Source: an uncultured Actinomycetes bacterium (GTDB lineage Bacteria > Actinomycetota > UBA4738 > HRBIN12). Taken from it: a DNA stretch of 64,000 nt. Positions 29,258 through 39,696 of this stretch are shown piece after piece; the first letter of the stretch is position 1, and every line of letters starts with the position of its first letter. The notes below the pieces were generated by a model. The model was not told the origin of the DNA. It did not search any database and saw nothing but the letters and a program-made list of their open reading frames with translations. The position numbers and the translations under genes are program-made. The stretch spans positions 1,024,001 through 1,088,000 of the forward strand of contig CAVPIB010000004.1 of assembly GCA_963704885.1 (NCBI GenBank), written 5' to 3'.

Positions 29258-29930
29258 TGAACGCGATGACGGAGCAGATCGACGTCGATGGACCGCGCTC
29301 TCTGTCGCCTTCGCTGGCCAGCCGGTCGCCGGTGCAACGCCCAAGCGTGCGGATCAGGCAGAGTGACGCGATGAGCTGCTCCGCACACGCCTTCGCGGAC
29401 GCCGTTCGATCCGGGGGGAATCCAAGATCCGCGAGCGACTCATCCATGCCGGCCAGGCAGAGGATCCCGTAGGCCGTCCTGCGCCGAGCAGCCGGTTCCG
29501 ATCCCGGATGAGCGGCGGCGAGTTCGGAGTCGAGTAGGTGTTCCAGTTCCAGGTACATCTCCCGGAGGCGCTCTCGCAAGACGGGATCGTCCGCGCTTGC
29601 CCCGATGAGCGTGTCGACCAAGCGGGCCGTCGGGTCTGAGGTCTCCTTGGCGAAAACCGCCTCAAGGAGCGTTCTCAACCGCTCGGCCGGTGGGCGACCC
29701 TCGCCCAGCGCCTGCAGTCTGTTGACGTACCGCTCGCGGACGTGGTCGAGGAGGGCACGGTCCACGTCGACGCGGTTTCCCAGGTAGTGACGGACCAGGC
29801 CGCGCGTAACCCCAGCCTCCTCGGCGATGCGGTCAAGCGTCGCCCCCTCTGAGCCGTGCTTCAGGAGCGACCGGGCATACGCCTCCAGGAGTTGAGGGCG
29901 CCGGAGTTCCGCAAGACTCGGTCTTGGCAT
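29208..29930 (-). CDS. TetR/AcrR family regulator (true end probably ~29354)
   Basis: HTH GATLDRIAEEAGVTRGLVRHYLGN; removing one base at 29360 gives ...IASLA-stop and removes the overlap with the upstream gene. Confidence 0.85.
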   Translation of the reverse strand: MPRPSLAELRRPQLLEAYARSLLKHGSEGATLDRIAEEAGVTRGLVRHYLGNRVDVDRALLDHVRERYVNRLQALGEGRPPAERLRTLLEAVFAKETSDPTARLVDTLIGASADDPVLRERLREMYLELEHLLDSELAAAHPGSEPAARRRTAYGILCLAGMDESLADLGFPPDRTASAKACAEQLIASLCLIRTLGRCTGDRLASEGDRERGPSTSICSVIAFITRRTSPASPWMHRLS

Positions 29931-30001
29931 GCCGTCGATTCCTTATCCAGAGCGCCTATCATACGCGCCTCCATCGGAGCTCGTAGCCTCTGGAGACGCG
30001 G

Positions 30002-30041
30002 TTGACAAAGGGGCGAGTTTCTTATCTACTCTGGCAAAGAA
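30002..30041 (+). promoter_or_regulatory. -35 TTGACA and imperfect palindrome (candidate TetR operator) upstream of M28 peptidase
   Basis: TTGACA 30002-30007; TTCTTATCTACTCTGGCAAAGAA 30019-30041; related half-site TTCCTTATCCAGAG near 29939. Confidence 0.45.
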
Positions 30042-30077
30042 TCGGGGTGTCGGCGCTTCAGGAGTGGAGGAGACGTT

Positions 30078-32117
30078 ATGAGACTCGTATCCGTTGGAGG
30101 CAAGGTCGCGGCCGGGATCGCGGTCGTCACCATGCTCGCGCTGGGTCTCGGGCCCATCCCGGTCGAGAGGGCCGCCGCCGATCCGTCGCTCGTCGACAGC
30201 CTCGACATGGGCTACGTGCGGCAGGTGACGAAGCACCTCACGACGATCGGCTCCGTGCCGGGCGGATTCCGTGTCGCCGGCACGCCCCAGGATGAGGAAA
30301 CCGCCGACTACCTCGCCGACCAGATGGATGCGATCGGACTAGAGGATGTATCTGTCGAGACGCTCACCGTGGACGGGTGGCTCTTCGAGGGCGCTTCGGT
30401 CCGGGTGAAGGGATCAGGCCTCGACCGCACCTTCCGGGCATCATCCCTCGGAGGCATCCCCGGCACCCCGTCCGGAGGCGTTTCCGGGCGGATCGTCCCT
30501 GTCGGGTACGGCACCGCTCCCGAGTACCGTGGTCTCGACGTCGAGAACAAGATCGTGTTCGCCTGGTGGGACTACGACAGCGAGGGCATCTGGCCGAACT
30601 ACATCGCGTACGAGGCGAAGGCCCATGGCGCCAGAGCCGTCATCATCGCCTCGGCCCCGGCGAACGGGTGGTACACCGCGGGGGACGGACGGGCGCTCGG
30701 TAGCAACGACGCGGAGTGCAGCACTACCCTCTGCGTCCCGCTCGTCGTCATCAGCCGGCGCTCGGCGGCGAAGCTCGTCGACGCGCTCGACACGGGCCGG
30801 GTGCAGGGCACCGCCGAGCTGAACGCTCAGAACCTCCTCGACGCGACGGGCCACCAGCCGATCGGCCAGATCACCGGCACCGAGTATCCGGACCGGGCGA
30901 TCGTGTTCACGGCACACCAGGACGCGTGGTTCACCTCGGCCGCCGACGACTCGGTCGGCGTCGCGATGATGATGGCGATCGCGAAAGCGGCGATCGACAG
31001 CGGGTACCAACCGAAGTACACGTGGATCTTCGCTCCCGTCACCGGAGAGGAATACGGGCTGGCCGACGCCTACTACGACTGGCTCCAGGGCGCGTTCCAC
31101 CGGATCACGTCCTCGCACACCGAGTGGCAGACGCAGGCGATGGCCGTGCTCAACTGGGAGGTCCACTCTCCGCCCTACTACCTGGGGGCAGGGGTCCCGC
31201 GCGAGCTCCGCTCGTTCCTCGGCGGGTCGCTCGCCTCTAGTCAGGCGGACGGGCTGATCGACGGATTCAGGCTCTCAGAGGTCTACGCCTGGAACGACGG
31301 GTTCACTTACACGGCCGAGGGTGCGCCCGCCGTTACGTTCGCGGCCGCCGGCCCCGACTACTGGGGTCGCTACCACACGGACTACGACTCGCTCGAGACC
31401 CTCGACTTCAAGGCGCTCGAGCCGGTCCTGCAGGCCGAGACCCGGGTGGCGCTCGACCTGGACGACACCCTGATGCCGTACCGCTTCGGGGGAAGGATCA
31501 ACAACCTGGAGGCAAGCATCGACCCGGCATCGATGGCTCGCTACGACGCCGACGCTCAGGGGGTGGCCGACGCCACCGCCAGACTGAAGGCCGCATGGCA
31601 GGCAGCGAAGGACGCGACACCCTCCGTCTGTGCTTCGATCGCTCTGCGGGAGGCGACCAGGATCTCGGACGACCAGCTCACCGCGTTGTCCTTCTCCGAC
31701 GACACGATCTATCCGCATCAACAGGTCCAGTGGGATCTCTATCTGCTGGCTGCCGCGATCCGACAGCTTTCCCACGGCCGGGCGCAGAAGGCCGCAGGTT
31801 CGATCGCGGGTATCGACCTGAACGGGCTGGCACCGATCCTGAGCCGGGCGCCGTTCCTGGAGGAGCTGATGCACCACGACCCGGGATACGAGCGCATCTC
31901 GTGGGGAGCGCAGGGCCAGTTGTCTGATCCGATCGACCTCTACGGCGTGTGGCACAAGGTCGCATCGTCACGGCCCGGAGCGGACTTCGAACAGCAGATC
32001 GAGCGCCTGCGGGCGGCCCGCGCCGCGACGATCCCCGTCTATCGCGGTCGGATCGACGGGCTCATCGCAAGCGTGAACGACGTGGCGGCCGAACTCGAGG
32101 CGGTGGCTGCCTGCTGA
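30078..32117 (+). CDS. Secreted M28 family peptidase with PA domain
   Basis: Signal peptide; PA segment VGYGTAPEY..LDVENKIV; TAHQDAW, AADDSVGV, TGEEYG, YHTDYD. Confidence 0.82.
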   Translation: MRLVSVGGKVAAGIAVVTMLALGLGPIPVERAAADPSLVDSLDMGYVRQVTKHLTTIGSVPGGFRVAGTPQDEETADYLADQMDAIGLEDVSVETLTVDGWLFEGASVRVKGSGLDRTFRASSLGGIPGTPSGGVSGRIVPVGYGTAPEYRGLDVENKIVFAWWDYDSEGIWPNYIAYEAKAHGARAVIIASAPANGWYTAGDGRALGSNDAECSTTLCVPLVVISRRSAAKLVDALDTGRVQGTAELNAQNLLDATGHQPIGQITGTEYPDRAIVFTAHQDAWFTSAADDSVGVAMMMAIAKAAIDSGYQPKYTWIFAPVTGEEYGLADAYYDWLQGAFHRITSSHTEWQTQAMAVLNWEVHSPPYYLGAGVPRELRSFLGGSLASSQADGLIDGFRLSEVYAWNDGFTYTAEGAPAVTFAAAGPDYWGRYHTDYDSLETLDFKALEPVLQAETRVALDLDDTLMPYRFGGRINNLEASIDPASMARYDADAQGVADATARLKAAWQAAKDATPSVCASIALREATRISDDQLTALSFSDDTIYPHQQVQWDLYLLAAAIRQLSHGRAQKAAGSIAGIDLNGLAPILSRAPFLEELMHHDPGYERISWGAQGQLSDPIDLYGVWHKVASSRPGADFEQQIERLRAARAATIPVYRGRIDGLIASVNDVAAELEAVAAC

Positions 32118-32232
32118 GCACAGCCTCGAGCGAACATCCGGTCTGAGGCTCGAAGCGTTGAGTTCGGCGTGTGACGGCCGCGAGCCGGATGGGGCAGACT
32201 GAACCTTCTCTTCCAAAGGGGGGCTCTGGCCC

Positions 32233-33606
32233 ATGAGGACGCTCATCACCGGCGGTACCGTCGTCACCGCCATCGAGACCACGCAAGCCGACGTCGTTAT
32301 CGAAGACGAGAAGGTCGCCGCGATCGGCCGGGGTATGAGCGTCGAGCCGGACGTCACGATCGACGCCACCGACCGATACGTGATGCCGGGTGGCGTCGAC
32401 GTCCACACTCACATGGAGCTGCCGTTCGGCGGAAGCTTCTGCTCGGACGACTTCGAGACCGGCACCCGCGCCGCGGCGTTCGGCGGCACGACCACGATCG
32501 TCGACTTCGCGGTGCAGGACTACGGCGAGGGTCTGCGCCAAGGTCTGGATCGGTGGTTCGCCAAGGCGCAGAACGCCTGCACCGACTACGGCTTCCACGT
32601 GATCGTCCGCGAGGTGAACGACCAGGTCCTCAAGGAGATGGACGAACTGGTCGGCGAGGGAGTCACGTCATTCAAGCTGTTCATGGCATATCCGGGTGTG
32701 TTCATGCTGGACGACGCTTCGATATTCCGAGCCATGCGCCAGGCGGCCGACTCGGGCGCGCTGATCATGATGCACGCCGAGAACGGCGGCCCGATCGACG
32801 TGCTGGTCCGTCAGTTCCTGGAGGAAGGCAAGACCGATCCCATCAACCACGGCCTGACGCGCCCCGCCGTCATGGAGGGCGAAGCTGTGCACCGGGTGTT
32901 CAAGCTGGCCGAGCTTGCGGGCACGCCTGCCTACATCGTCCACCTGTCCTCGCGGGATGCGCTGAACGCGCTCCGCGAGGCGCGCGATCGCGGTCAAGCC
33001 GCCTTCGCGGAGACGTGTCCGCAGTACCTCTATCTGAGCCAGGACGACATGGCGAAGCCGGGCTTCGAGGGCGCGAAGTACGTCTGCTCACCACCGCTCC
33101 GCACGGCCGACCACCAGGAGGAGCTCTGGATGGGGCTGCGCTCCGGCGACCTCTCGGTCGTGTCCACCGATCACGCGCCGTTCAACTACGAAGGTCAGAA
33201 GGACCTGGGCAAGGGGGACTTCTCCAAGATCCCGAACGGGCTTCCCTCCGTCGAGGATCGGTTCACGCTGCTGTACGGAGGGGTCGAGGCGGGCCACATC
33301 GACCTGAACCGCTTCGTGGAGCTGGTGGCCACCGCGCCGGCCAAGATGTTCGGCCTCTACCCGCGCAAGGGAACGATCGCGCCGGGATCCGATGCCGACA
33401 TCGTGGTTTTCGACCCGAAGAAGGAGCGGACGATCTCCTCGTCCACCCACCACATGCGCGTGGACTACTCGGCCTACGAGGGCCGCGTGGTTCGCGGGCT
33501 CCCCGAGGTCGTCATGCAACGCGGCGAGGTCCTGGTGAGCGGCGGGGAGTTCCTGGGCAAGCCGGGACAGGGACGCTTCCAGCCCAGGAGCCGGCTCACG
33601 GCGTAG
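32233..33606 (+). CDS. hydA: Dihydropyrimidinase / D-hydantoinase
   Basis: PGGVDVHTHM, GTRAAAFGGTTTIVDF, SFKLFMAY, MHAENG, ETCPQYL, STDHAPF, IPNGLPSVE. Confidence 0.93.
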   Translation: MRTLITGGTVVTAIETTQADVVIEDEKVAAIGRGMSVEPDVTIDATDRYVMPGGVDVHTHMELPFGGSFCSDDFETGTRAAAFGGTTTIVDFAVQDYGEGLRQGLDRWFAKAQNACTDYGFHVIVREVNDQVLKEMDELVGEGVTSFKLFMAYPGVFMLDDASIFRAMRQAADSGALIMMHAENGGPIDVLVRQFLEEGKTDPINHGLTRPAVMEGEAVHRVFKLAELAGTPAYIVHLSSRDALNALREARDRGQAAFAETCPQYLYLSQDDMAKPGFEGAKYVCSPPLRTADHQEELWMGLRSGDLSVVSTDHAPFNYEGQKDLGKGDFSKIPNGLPSVEDRFTLLYGGVEAGHIDLNRFVELVATAPAKMFGLYPRKGTIAPGSDADIVVFDPKKERTISSSTHHMRVDYSAYEGRVVRGLPEVVMQRGEVLVSGGEFLGKPGQGRFQPRSRLTA

Positions 33607-35944
33607 CCGTGGCAGTCGGCGGTCCGGACGAGGTCCGTGGCCCGACGAGCCCGACGAGGTCGTCGGGCTTCACCGGTACCCGGTTCAGCTCGCGTCCTGT
33701 CGCATCTCGCAGGGCGGCGACGATGGCCGCGGTGGCCACGACGGTCGACGGCTCGCCGACGCCCTTCGCACCGAAGGGCACGCCCGGCTCCGGTTCCTGC
33801 ACCAGCACCGTCAACATGGGCGGCATGTCGAGGATCGTCGGGATCAGATAGTCGGTGAACGACGCGTTGCGGATGTGGCCATCCTCGAGTAGCAGCTCCT
33901 CCATCAGCGCCAGACCCAGGCCCTGCGCCGTCCCGCCCTCGACCTGTCCCTCCACGCTCTTGGGGTTGAGCGCGTTGCCGACGTCTTGGGCGGCGGCTAT
34001 CTGGATCACGCGGACCAGTCCGAGATCCTGATCCACCTCCACGACCGCGCGTTCGACCGCGAAGGCGAACGAGACGTGGACATCCCCCTGTCCCGACTCG
34101 TCCATGGGTTGGGTAGGACGGTGGTGATAGACGCGGGTCGCTTCGATGGGCTCGCCCAGGAGATCCGCGACCGAACCGAGCGCGGACCCCTCGGCCAACA
34201 CCTGTCCCCCGTCCAGGCGTAGCTCGACGGCCCGGTCGATCGAGGGCGTTCGGGCCCGCACACGATCGAAGAGCTTGTTGCGCACGGCGGCGCACGCGAG
34301 CTGCACCGCCCCTCCAGACATCATGGTCTGCCGCGAAGCCGAGCTGGAACCCGCGGAGCCGATGCTCGTGTCGGATGGATCGAGGATCACTTCTTCCACA
34401 CCCAGCTCGCTGCGAGCGATCTGCATCAAGACGGTGTGCACACCCTGGCCGACCTCCGCCGCCGCGCTGTGTATCTCCACGAGCGGCCCGTCGGCTCCCA
34501 TCGAGAGCCTGACGCTCGCCTCCGACGAGTCGTCGAACCCCTCGCTGTAGGCCGTGTTCTTGTACCCGACCGCGAAGCCGACACCGCGTCTCAAGCCCTC
34601 ACCGTGCCCGACGTTCTGCGCTCCCCCCGGGACGGTGATGGGATCCCTTCCGTCCAGACCCGCCGCCCGCTCGGGCGGCATCGGGATCGCCGCGCATCGC
34701 TCGATGAGCTCCCTGACCGGCGCAGTCCCGCCGATGACCTGGCCCGTGGGCAGGGTCGAGCCGGTGGACAGGGCGTTCTTCAGGCGGAGCTCGACCGGGT
34801 CCATGCCCAGTGCGTGGGCGAGCTTGTCCATCTGTCCCTCGTAGGCGAAGCAGGCCTGGACCGCGCCGAACCCACGCATCGCGCCGCACGGCGGATTGTT
34901 GGTGTAGACGCCCGTCCCTTCGATGAGCGCATTCGGAACCTCGTAGGGCCCGCATGCGAACGTGGCGGCGTTTCCGATCACGGCCGTCGACGACGAGGCG
35001 TAGGCTCCTCCGTCCATCAGCAATCGGGCCCGGACGTTGACGAGGCTGCCGTCAGTGTTGGCTCCGTGACGCATCCAGATCCGCGAGGGATGGCGATGCA
35101 CGTGGCCGAGGAAGGACTCGGCACGTCCGTACGACATCTTCACGGGCCTGCCGGTGTGCAGTGCCAGCATGCTCGCGTGTATCTGCATGCTGAGGTCCTC
35201 GCGTGCGCCGAACGCTCCGCCGACCCCCGCGAGATGCACGCGGACCTTCTCTTCGGGCAGACCCAGGCAGGGTGCCATCTGCTGGCGGTCTACGTGCAGC
35301 CACTGGGTGGCGACGTAGACGTCGATCCCTCCGTCCTCGGCGGGCACCGCCAGACCCGCCTCCGGCCCCAGCGGCGCCTGGTCCTGCATCCCCGTCTCGT
35401 AGTAGCCCTCCACCCACACGTCGGCATCCGTATCGGGATCGCCGTGGACGATGCGGACGTTGCGCAGGATGTTGCCGAGCCCCGCGACCTTCGGCGCGTC
35501 GGGCCTGAGCGCCTCCTCCATGTCGGTGACGGCCGGGAGGATCTCGTAGTCCACCACCACGCTGGCCGCCGCCCGTCGAGCCAGCTCCGGATGCTCGGCC
35601 GCCACGATCACGACCGGCTCTCCCACGTACCGCACCTCGTCCCAAGCCAGGACGGGCTGGTCGGCGACATCCAGGCCGTACGTCCTCTTGCCGGGAACGT
35701 CGTCGGCGGTGAGCACGGCGTAAACCCCGGGGCTCGCCACCGCGCCCGCCACCTGTATCGAGCGGATCCTGGCGTGCGGATGAGGGCTGCGGAGCGTATG
35801 TCCCCAGAGCATCTCGTTCGCCCACAGGTCGCTCCCGTAGGCGAACGAACCCTTGGTCTTGGGGATCCCGTCTATCCGCGCGACGTCTTCCCCCATACCC
35901 CCCCGGGTGCGATCCCTCAGGCGCGTGTCACTCAAGGTCGACAC
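33596..35944 (-). CDS. pucD: Xanthine dehydrogenase family molybdopterin subunit (PucD-like)
   Basis: LRSPHPHARI, QDQAPLGPE, GGAFGARED, AMRGFGAVQ, SAGSSSASRQT, GQVEGG, GAKGVGEP. Start GTG 35944. Confidence 0.88.
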   Translation of the reverse strand: MSTLSDTRLRDRTRGGMGEDVARIDGIPKTKGSFAYGSDLWANEMLWGHTLRSPHPHARIRSIQVAGAVASPGVYAVLTADDVPGKRTYGLDVADQPVLAWDEVRYVGEPVVIVAAEHPELARRAAASVVVDYEILPAVTDMEEALRPDAPKVAGLGNILRNVRIVHGDPDTDADVWVEGYYETGMQDQAPLGPEAGLAVPAEDGGIDVYVATQWLHVDRQQMAPCLGLPEEKVRVHLAGVGGAFGAREDLSMQIHASMLALHTGRPVKMSYGRAESFLGHVHRHPSRIWMRHGANTDGSLVNVRARLLMDGGAYASSSTAVIGNAATFACGPYEVPNALIEGTGVYTNNPPCGAMRGFGAVQACFAYEGQMDKLAHALGMDPVELRLKNALSTGSTLPTGQVIGGTAPVRELIERCAAIPMPPERAAGLDGRDPITVPGGAQNVGHGEGLRRGVGFAVGYKNTAYSEGFDDSSEASVRLSMGADGPLVEIHSAAAEVGQGVHTVLMQIARSELGVEEVILDPSDTSIGSAGSSSASRQTMMSGGAVQLACAAVRNKLFDRVRARTPSIDRAVELRLDGGQVLAEGSALGSVADLLGEPIEATRVYHHRPTQPMDESGQGDVHVSFAFAVERAVVEVDQDLGLVRVIQIAAAQDVGNALNPKSVEGQVEGGTAQGLGLALMEELLLEDGHIRNASFTDYLIPTILDMPPMLTVLVQEPEPGVPFGAKGVGEPSTVVATAAIVAALRDATGRELNRVPVKPDDLVGLVGPRTSSGPPTATATP

Positions 35945-35945
35945 C

Positions 35946-37301
35946 TCAGCTCTTCCCCGCCAGGCGCCGCCCGACCCGCCGGGCTTCGGCCGCAACCTCG
36001 TCCTCATCGACGTTGGCCAGGCGGCCCTCACGAACGACAACCCTGCCCTCCACGAAGAGATGCCGCACCTGCTTGGGAGCGCACAGGAGCACCGCCGCGA
36101 CCGGGTCGGCCTCGGCGCCGGCGAAGCCGAGGCCATCCAGCCCGACGAGAGCGATATCGGCTCGCTTCCCGGGCTCGAGCGATCCGATGTCGTCCCTGCC
36201 CAGGCACGCCGCGCCGCCCCGCGTTGCCACCCGCAGGACGTCACGGGCGGCCATAGCCTCCGCGCCTCCGAACGCTCGCGCCGACAGCAGAGCCTGACGC
36301 GACTCGGCGAGCATGTTGCCGATGTCGTTCGACGCCGAGCCGTCCACACCCAGGCCGACGATGGCGCCCGCGTCGAGGAGCGATCGGGCGGGAGCGATGC
36401 CCGAGCCGAGCCGCATGTTCGACGAGGGACACCAGGCGACACCGGAGCCGGTCTCCGCGATCCTGTGGATGTCTGCGTCGTCCAGGTGCACGCAGTGGGC
36501 CAGCCAGACGTCTGGCCCCAACCAGCCTTGTTCCTCGAGCAGTTCGATCGGACGTTTCCCGAAGGTCTCCAGGCAGAAGGCCTCTTCGTCCTTCGTCTCG
36601 GCGATGTGCGTGTGGAGCCTGACACCCAGACGACGAGCGAGCTCGGCCGACTCGCGCATCAGCTTGTCGGTGGCGGAGAAGGGCGAGCACGGAGCCACCC
36701 CGATCCGCAGCATCGCGCCCGGCTCGGGGTCGTGGAACCGCCCGACCGTATCCTCGGTCTGCGCCAGGATCGTGTCGGTCTCCTGAACGACCGAGTCGGG
36801 CGGCAGCCCTCCCGCCGAGCTGCCCAGATCCATCGAGCCCCGGCAGGGGTGGAACCGCAGGCCGATCTCGGCCGCCGCCTCGATCTCGGTTTCCAGCAGC
36901 TCCCCCGCCCCCTGGGGGAACACGTAGTGGTGGTCCGCGGTCGTGGAGCATCCGGAGAGGGCGAGCTCGGCCAGGCCCACGGCCGACGCCGCACGCATCC
37001 ACTCCTGGTCGACGCCGGCCCACACGGGGTAGAGCTCGGTGAGCCAACCGAACAACCCCTGGTCGGCCGCCCGAGCCCGGGTCATGGTCTGGTAGAGGTG
37101 GTGGTGCGTGTTCACCAGACCGGGGATGGCCACGGTGCCGCGGCCGTCCACGCGCTCGGCTCCCTCCGCGCCGGGGGGCGCACCCGAACCGGCCCATGCG
37201 ATGACGCCGTCGTTCACAAGGATGGAGCCCCCTGCGATCTCGGATCCTCGGTCGTCCATGGTCACGACGACCTCGCACGACTCGATGAGCACCTGGCCCA
37301 C
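35946..37301 (-). CDS. 8-oxoguanine deaminase family amidohydrolase
   Basis: PGLVNTHHHLYQTMTRA, LFGWLTELYPVW, RGSMDLG, APCSPFS, HTHIAET, CPSSNMRLGSG, GVDGSASND. Confidence 0.88.
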   Translation of the reverse strand: MGQVLIESCEVVVTMDDRGSEIAGGSILVNDGVIAWAGSGAPPGAEGAERVDGRGTVAIPGLVNTHHHLYQTMTRARAADQGLFGWLTELYPVWAGVDQEWMRAASAVGLAELALSGCSTTADHHYVFPQGAGELLETEIEAAAEIGLRFHPCRGSMDLGSSAGGLPPDSVVQETDTILAQTEDTVGRFHDPEPGAMLRIGVAPCSPFSATDKLMRESAELARRLGVRLHTHIAETKDEEAFCLETFGKRPIELLEEQGWLGPDVWLAHCVHLDDADIHRIAETGSGVAWCPSSNMRLGSGIAPARSLLDAGAIVGLGVDGSASNDIGNMLAESRQALLSARAFGGAEAMAARDVLRVATRGGAACLGRDDIGSLEPGKRADIALVGLDGLGFAGAEADPVAAVLLCAPKQVRHLFVEGRVVVREGRLANVDEDEVAAEARRVGRRLAGKS

Positions 37302-37775
37302 CTAGCTCGCCTCCTCGGGCATCCGCTCCGCGGCGAGCCACACCGCATCGAGGATCTTCGCGTACCCCGTGCAGCGACATAGATTGCCCGACAGCGCCTC
37401 TCGAACAACGGGCTCGGTCGGCGCCGGGTCATGCTCCAGCAGGTCGGTCACGGCCACGATCAGGCCCGGCGTGCAGAACCCGCACTGAACCGCGCCCGCA
37501 TCGACGAACGCCCGCTGTACAGGATGGACCTGGTCGGTCGCCGCGAGCCCCTCGACCGTTCGGACCTCTCGCTCATGCGCCTGCGCCGCCAGGACCAGGC
37601 ACGAGCACACCAGCTCGCCGTCCAGCCAAACGGTGCACGAGCCGCATTCGCCTTGTTCGCATGCGTTCTTCGACCCGGGCAGGCCCATCTCCTCCCGCAG
37701 CACATACAGGAGGTTGGAGCCGGGCCAGACGTCGGCCTCCCGCCACTCGCCGTTGACGCTCACCCGGATCAGCAC
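37302..37775 (-). CDS. Xanthine dehydrogenase 2Fe-2S subunit (PucE/CoxS-like)
   Basis: [30 protein letters not shown]. Confidence 0.92.
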   Translation of the reverse strand: MLIRVSVNGEWREADVWPGSNLLYVLREEMGLPGSKNACEQGECGSCTVWLDGELVCSCLVLAAQAHEREVRTVEGLAATDQVHPVQRAFVDAGAVQCGFCTPGLIVAVTDLLEHDPAPTEPVVREALSGNLCRCTGYAKILDAVWLAAERMPEEAS

Positions 37776-37788
37776 CGCCACCCCCCGG

Positions 37789-38667
37789 TCATGTTCGCTC
37801 GATCCCATCCCGGCGCGACGCCAGGGCCCACCCCAGCGCACGTCGCGCCAGGACCAAGCATGCGTGTCGCCGGTACGCGGCCGACCCTCGCACATCGTCG
37901 ATAGGTCTCGCCGCGGCCGCGACCCGTTCGGCGAACCCCTCTATCTCCTCCGAGGCCAGAGCCGCCGCCGGCTCGTCCCATGTGCCGGACCGAGCCAGCG
38001 CCTCGGCCACGAACACCTCAGCGTCGGGCGCACGCAAGACGGTCGGTCCCACGGATCCGAGGGCGACGCGGACCGCGCGGGCGTCCTCGTCCAGCACCAG
38101 ACACAAGCCGGCCACCGAGATCACCATGGCGTTGCGCGTCCCTATCTTCGAGAACGAACCTGGCCCGCGAACCGCTCGCCATCTGGCGCCCAGGATCAGC
38201 TCTTCGGGTTCCAAGGCGGTCTGTTTCGGGCCGAGGTGGAACTCGTCCCAGCGCAAGGTCCGGGTGCGCCTCGCGCTCACGAGGACTATCTGCGCGTCGT
38301 AGGCGGCGAGCACCGGTAGCGCATCGCCGGCGGGCGAACCGGTGCCCAGATTGCCTCCCACCGTTCCGCGGGTGCGGATCTGTGGGGAGCCCACCGTCCG
38401 GGACGCCTGCGCGAGCGGCGTGAGATCGGACAGCTCTCGCAGGATCCGGCCATACGTCACGCCCGCCCCGAGGAAGATGGCGCCCTCCTCTCGCCTCCAC
38501 TCGCGCAGCTCTGGCAGGCGGCAGATGTCGATCATGATCTCCGGCCGGCGCAGGTCGAAGTTCAGCTCGACCATCACGTCAGTACCTCCGGCTATCGGGA
38601 GCGCTCCCGGGTGGGCGGCCCTCATCTCCAGGGCCTCGTCGAGCGTCCGCGCCAGCAACACATCCAT
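37789..38667 (-). CDS. Xanthine dehydrogenase FAD subunit (PucC/CoxM-like)
   Basis: PIAGGTDVMV, TVGSPQIRTRGTVGGNLGTGSPAGD, PIDDVRGSAAYRR. Confidence 0.92.
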   Translation of the reverse strand: MDVLLARTLDEALEMRAAHPGALPIAGGTDVMVELNFDLRRPEIMIDICRLPELREWRREEGAIFLGAGVTYGRILRELSDLTPLAQASRTVGSPQIRTRGTVGGNLGTGSPAGDALPVLAAYDAQIVLVSARRTRTLRWDEFHLGPKQTALEPEELILGARWRAVRGPGSFSKIGTRNAMVISVAGLCLVLDEDARAVRVALGSVGPTVLRAPDAEVFVAEALARSGTWDEPAAALASEEIEGFAERVAAAARPIDDVRGSAAYRRHACLVLARRALGWALASRRDGIERT

Positions 38668-38678
38668 GAAGGATCCCC

Positions 38679-39696
38679 TTAGAACTCCCCGTCGGCGAAG
38701 GCGTCGATCATCGCAGGCACATCGTCTCCGACCGGGTAAAGGATCGGGCAGGTGCAGCCGGCCTCGACGTACTCGCGGACCTTCGCCCTGCACTCGTCGG
38801 GCGTTCCCGCGGCGGAGATCAGCTGCACTGCTTCGTCTGGCACGAGCTTCATGGCGCGGTGGATCTCCTCCGGTCCCGCCGGCCACGTGAGGACCTTGCC
38901 GATCTCCTCGATCAGTGCAGGGTCGATGCCGCTCGCCTTCATGATGTGCGGCTGCTGGCCAAGGTATTGCGTGAGCAGCTCACGAGCTCGATCGAGCGCG
39001 ACGTCTCGATCGTCGTCGAGCGAGCACACGACCAGCTGCGGACGATCGATGTCTTCCACACTTCTACCTACGCGAGCCGCTCCGGCGGCCAGAGCGCGCA
39101 TGGCCTCCTGGTTGTATAGAGGTCCCACCATGTAGTTGAGCACCACTCCGTCCGCGATCTCGCCGGCGAGCTCCATCATCTTCATCCCGGTCGCTCCGAC
39201 GTAGATCGGAACGTTCTTCGGCGAGCGATCGCCGTGCACGATGTCGATCTCGATGTCGTCGACATGGACGAGCTCCCCGTGGAACGTCACGCGTTCCATC
39301 GCCAGGAGCCGTCGCACGACCTCCACGGTCTCGCGCATCGCCAGCAGGGGTTTCCGACGCTGGATCCCGACCTTCGAGGCGAGTGGGTCCCACCAGGCGC
39401 CGATGCCCAGCAGGATCCGTGCCGGGCGCGAGGTCGTCCAGCGTCGAGAACGTGGCCGCGAGCAGACCGACGTTGCGGGTCCAATTGTTGACCACACCCG
39501 AGCCGACCTTGATCCGATCGGTAACGGCGGCGAACGCGGCCATCGGCACGGTCGCTTCTCGGACCAGCCGGCTCTCGGCCTGCCACACCGCCTCGAATCC
39601 CCGCTCCTCGGCGTAGCGCGCATACTCCATCCCCTCGCGGATCGGATGCTTGTCCTGCAGATACAGCGCCACCCTTCCCTCGGTCCTCACGCTCAA
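38679..39696 (-). CDS. Mer-like LLM-class oxidoreductase, putatively F420-dependent (apparent 1-nt insertion at 39420)
   Basis: N-part [20 protein letters not shown]...[12 protein letters not shown] joins [10 protein letters not shown]...[22 protein letters not shown] if one base is removed. Confidence 0.8.

Noticed and set aside
33596-36625. Apparent 1009-aa PucD and other N-terminally extended ORFs (44849-46963, 50810-52681, 19199-20767)
   Set aside because: The extensions run through neighbouring real genes in another frame; true starts are at 35944, 46345, 51649 and 20053, so these are not fusions.
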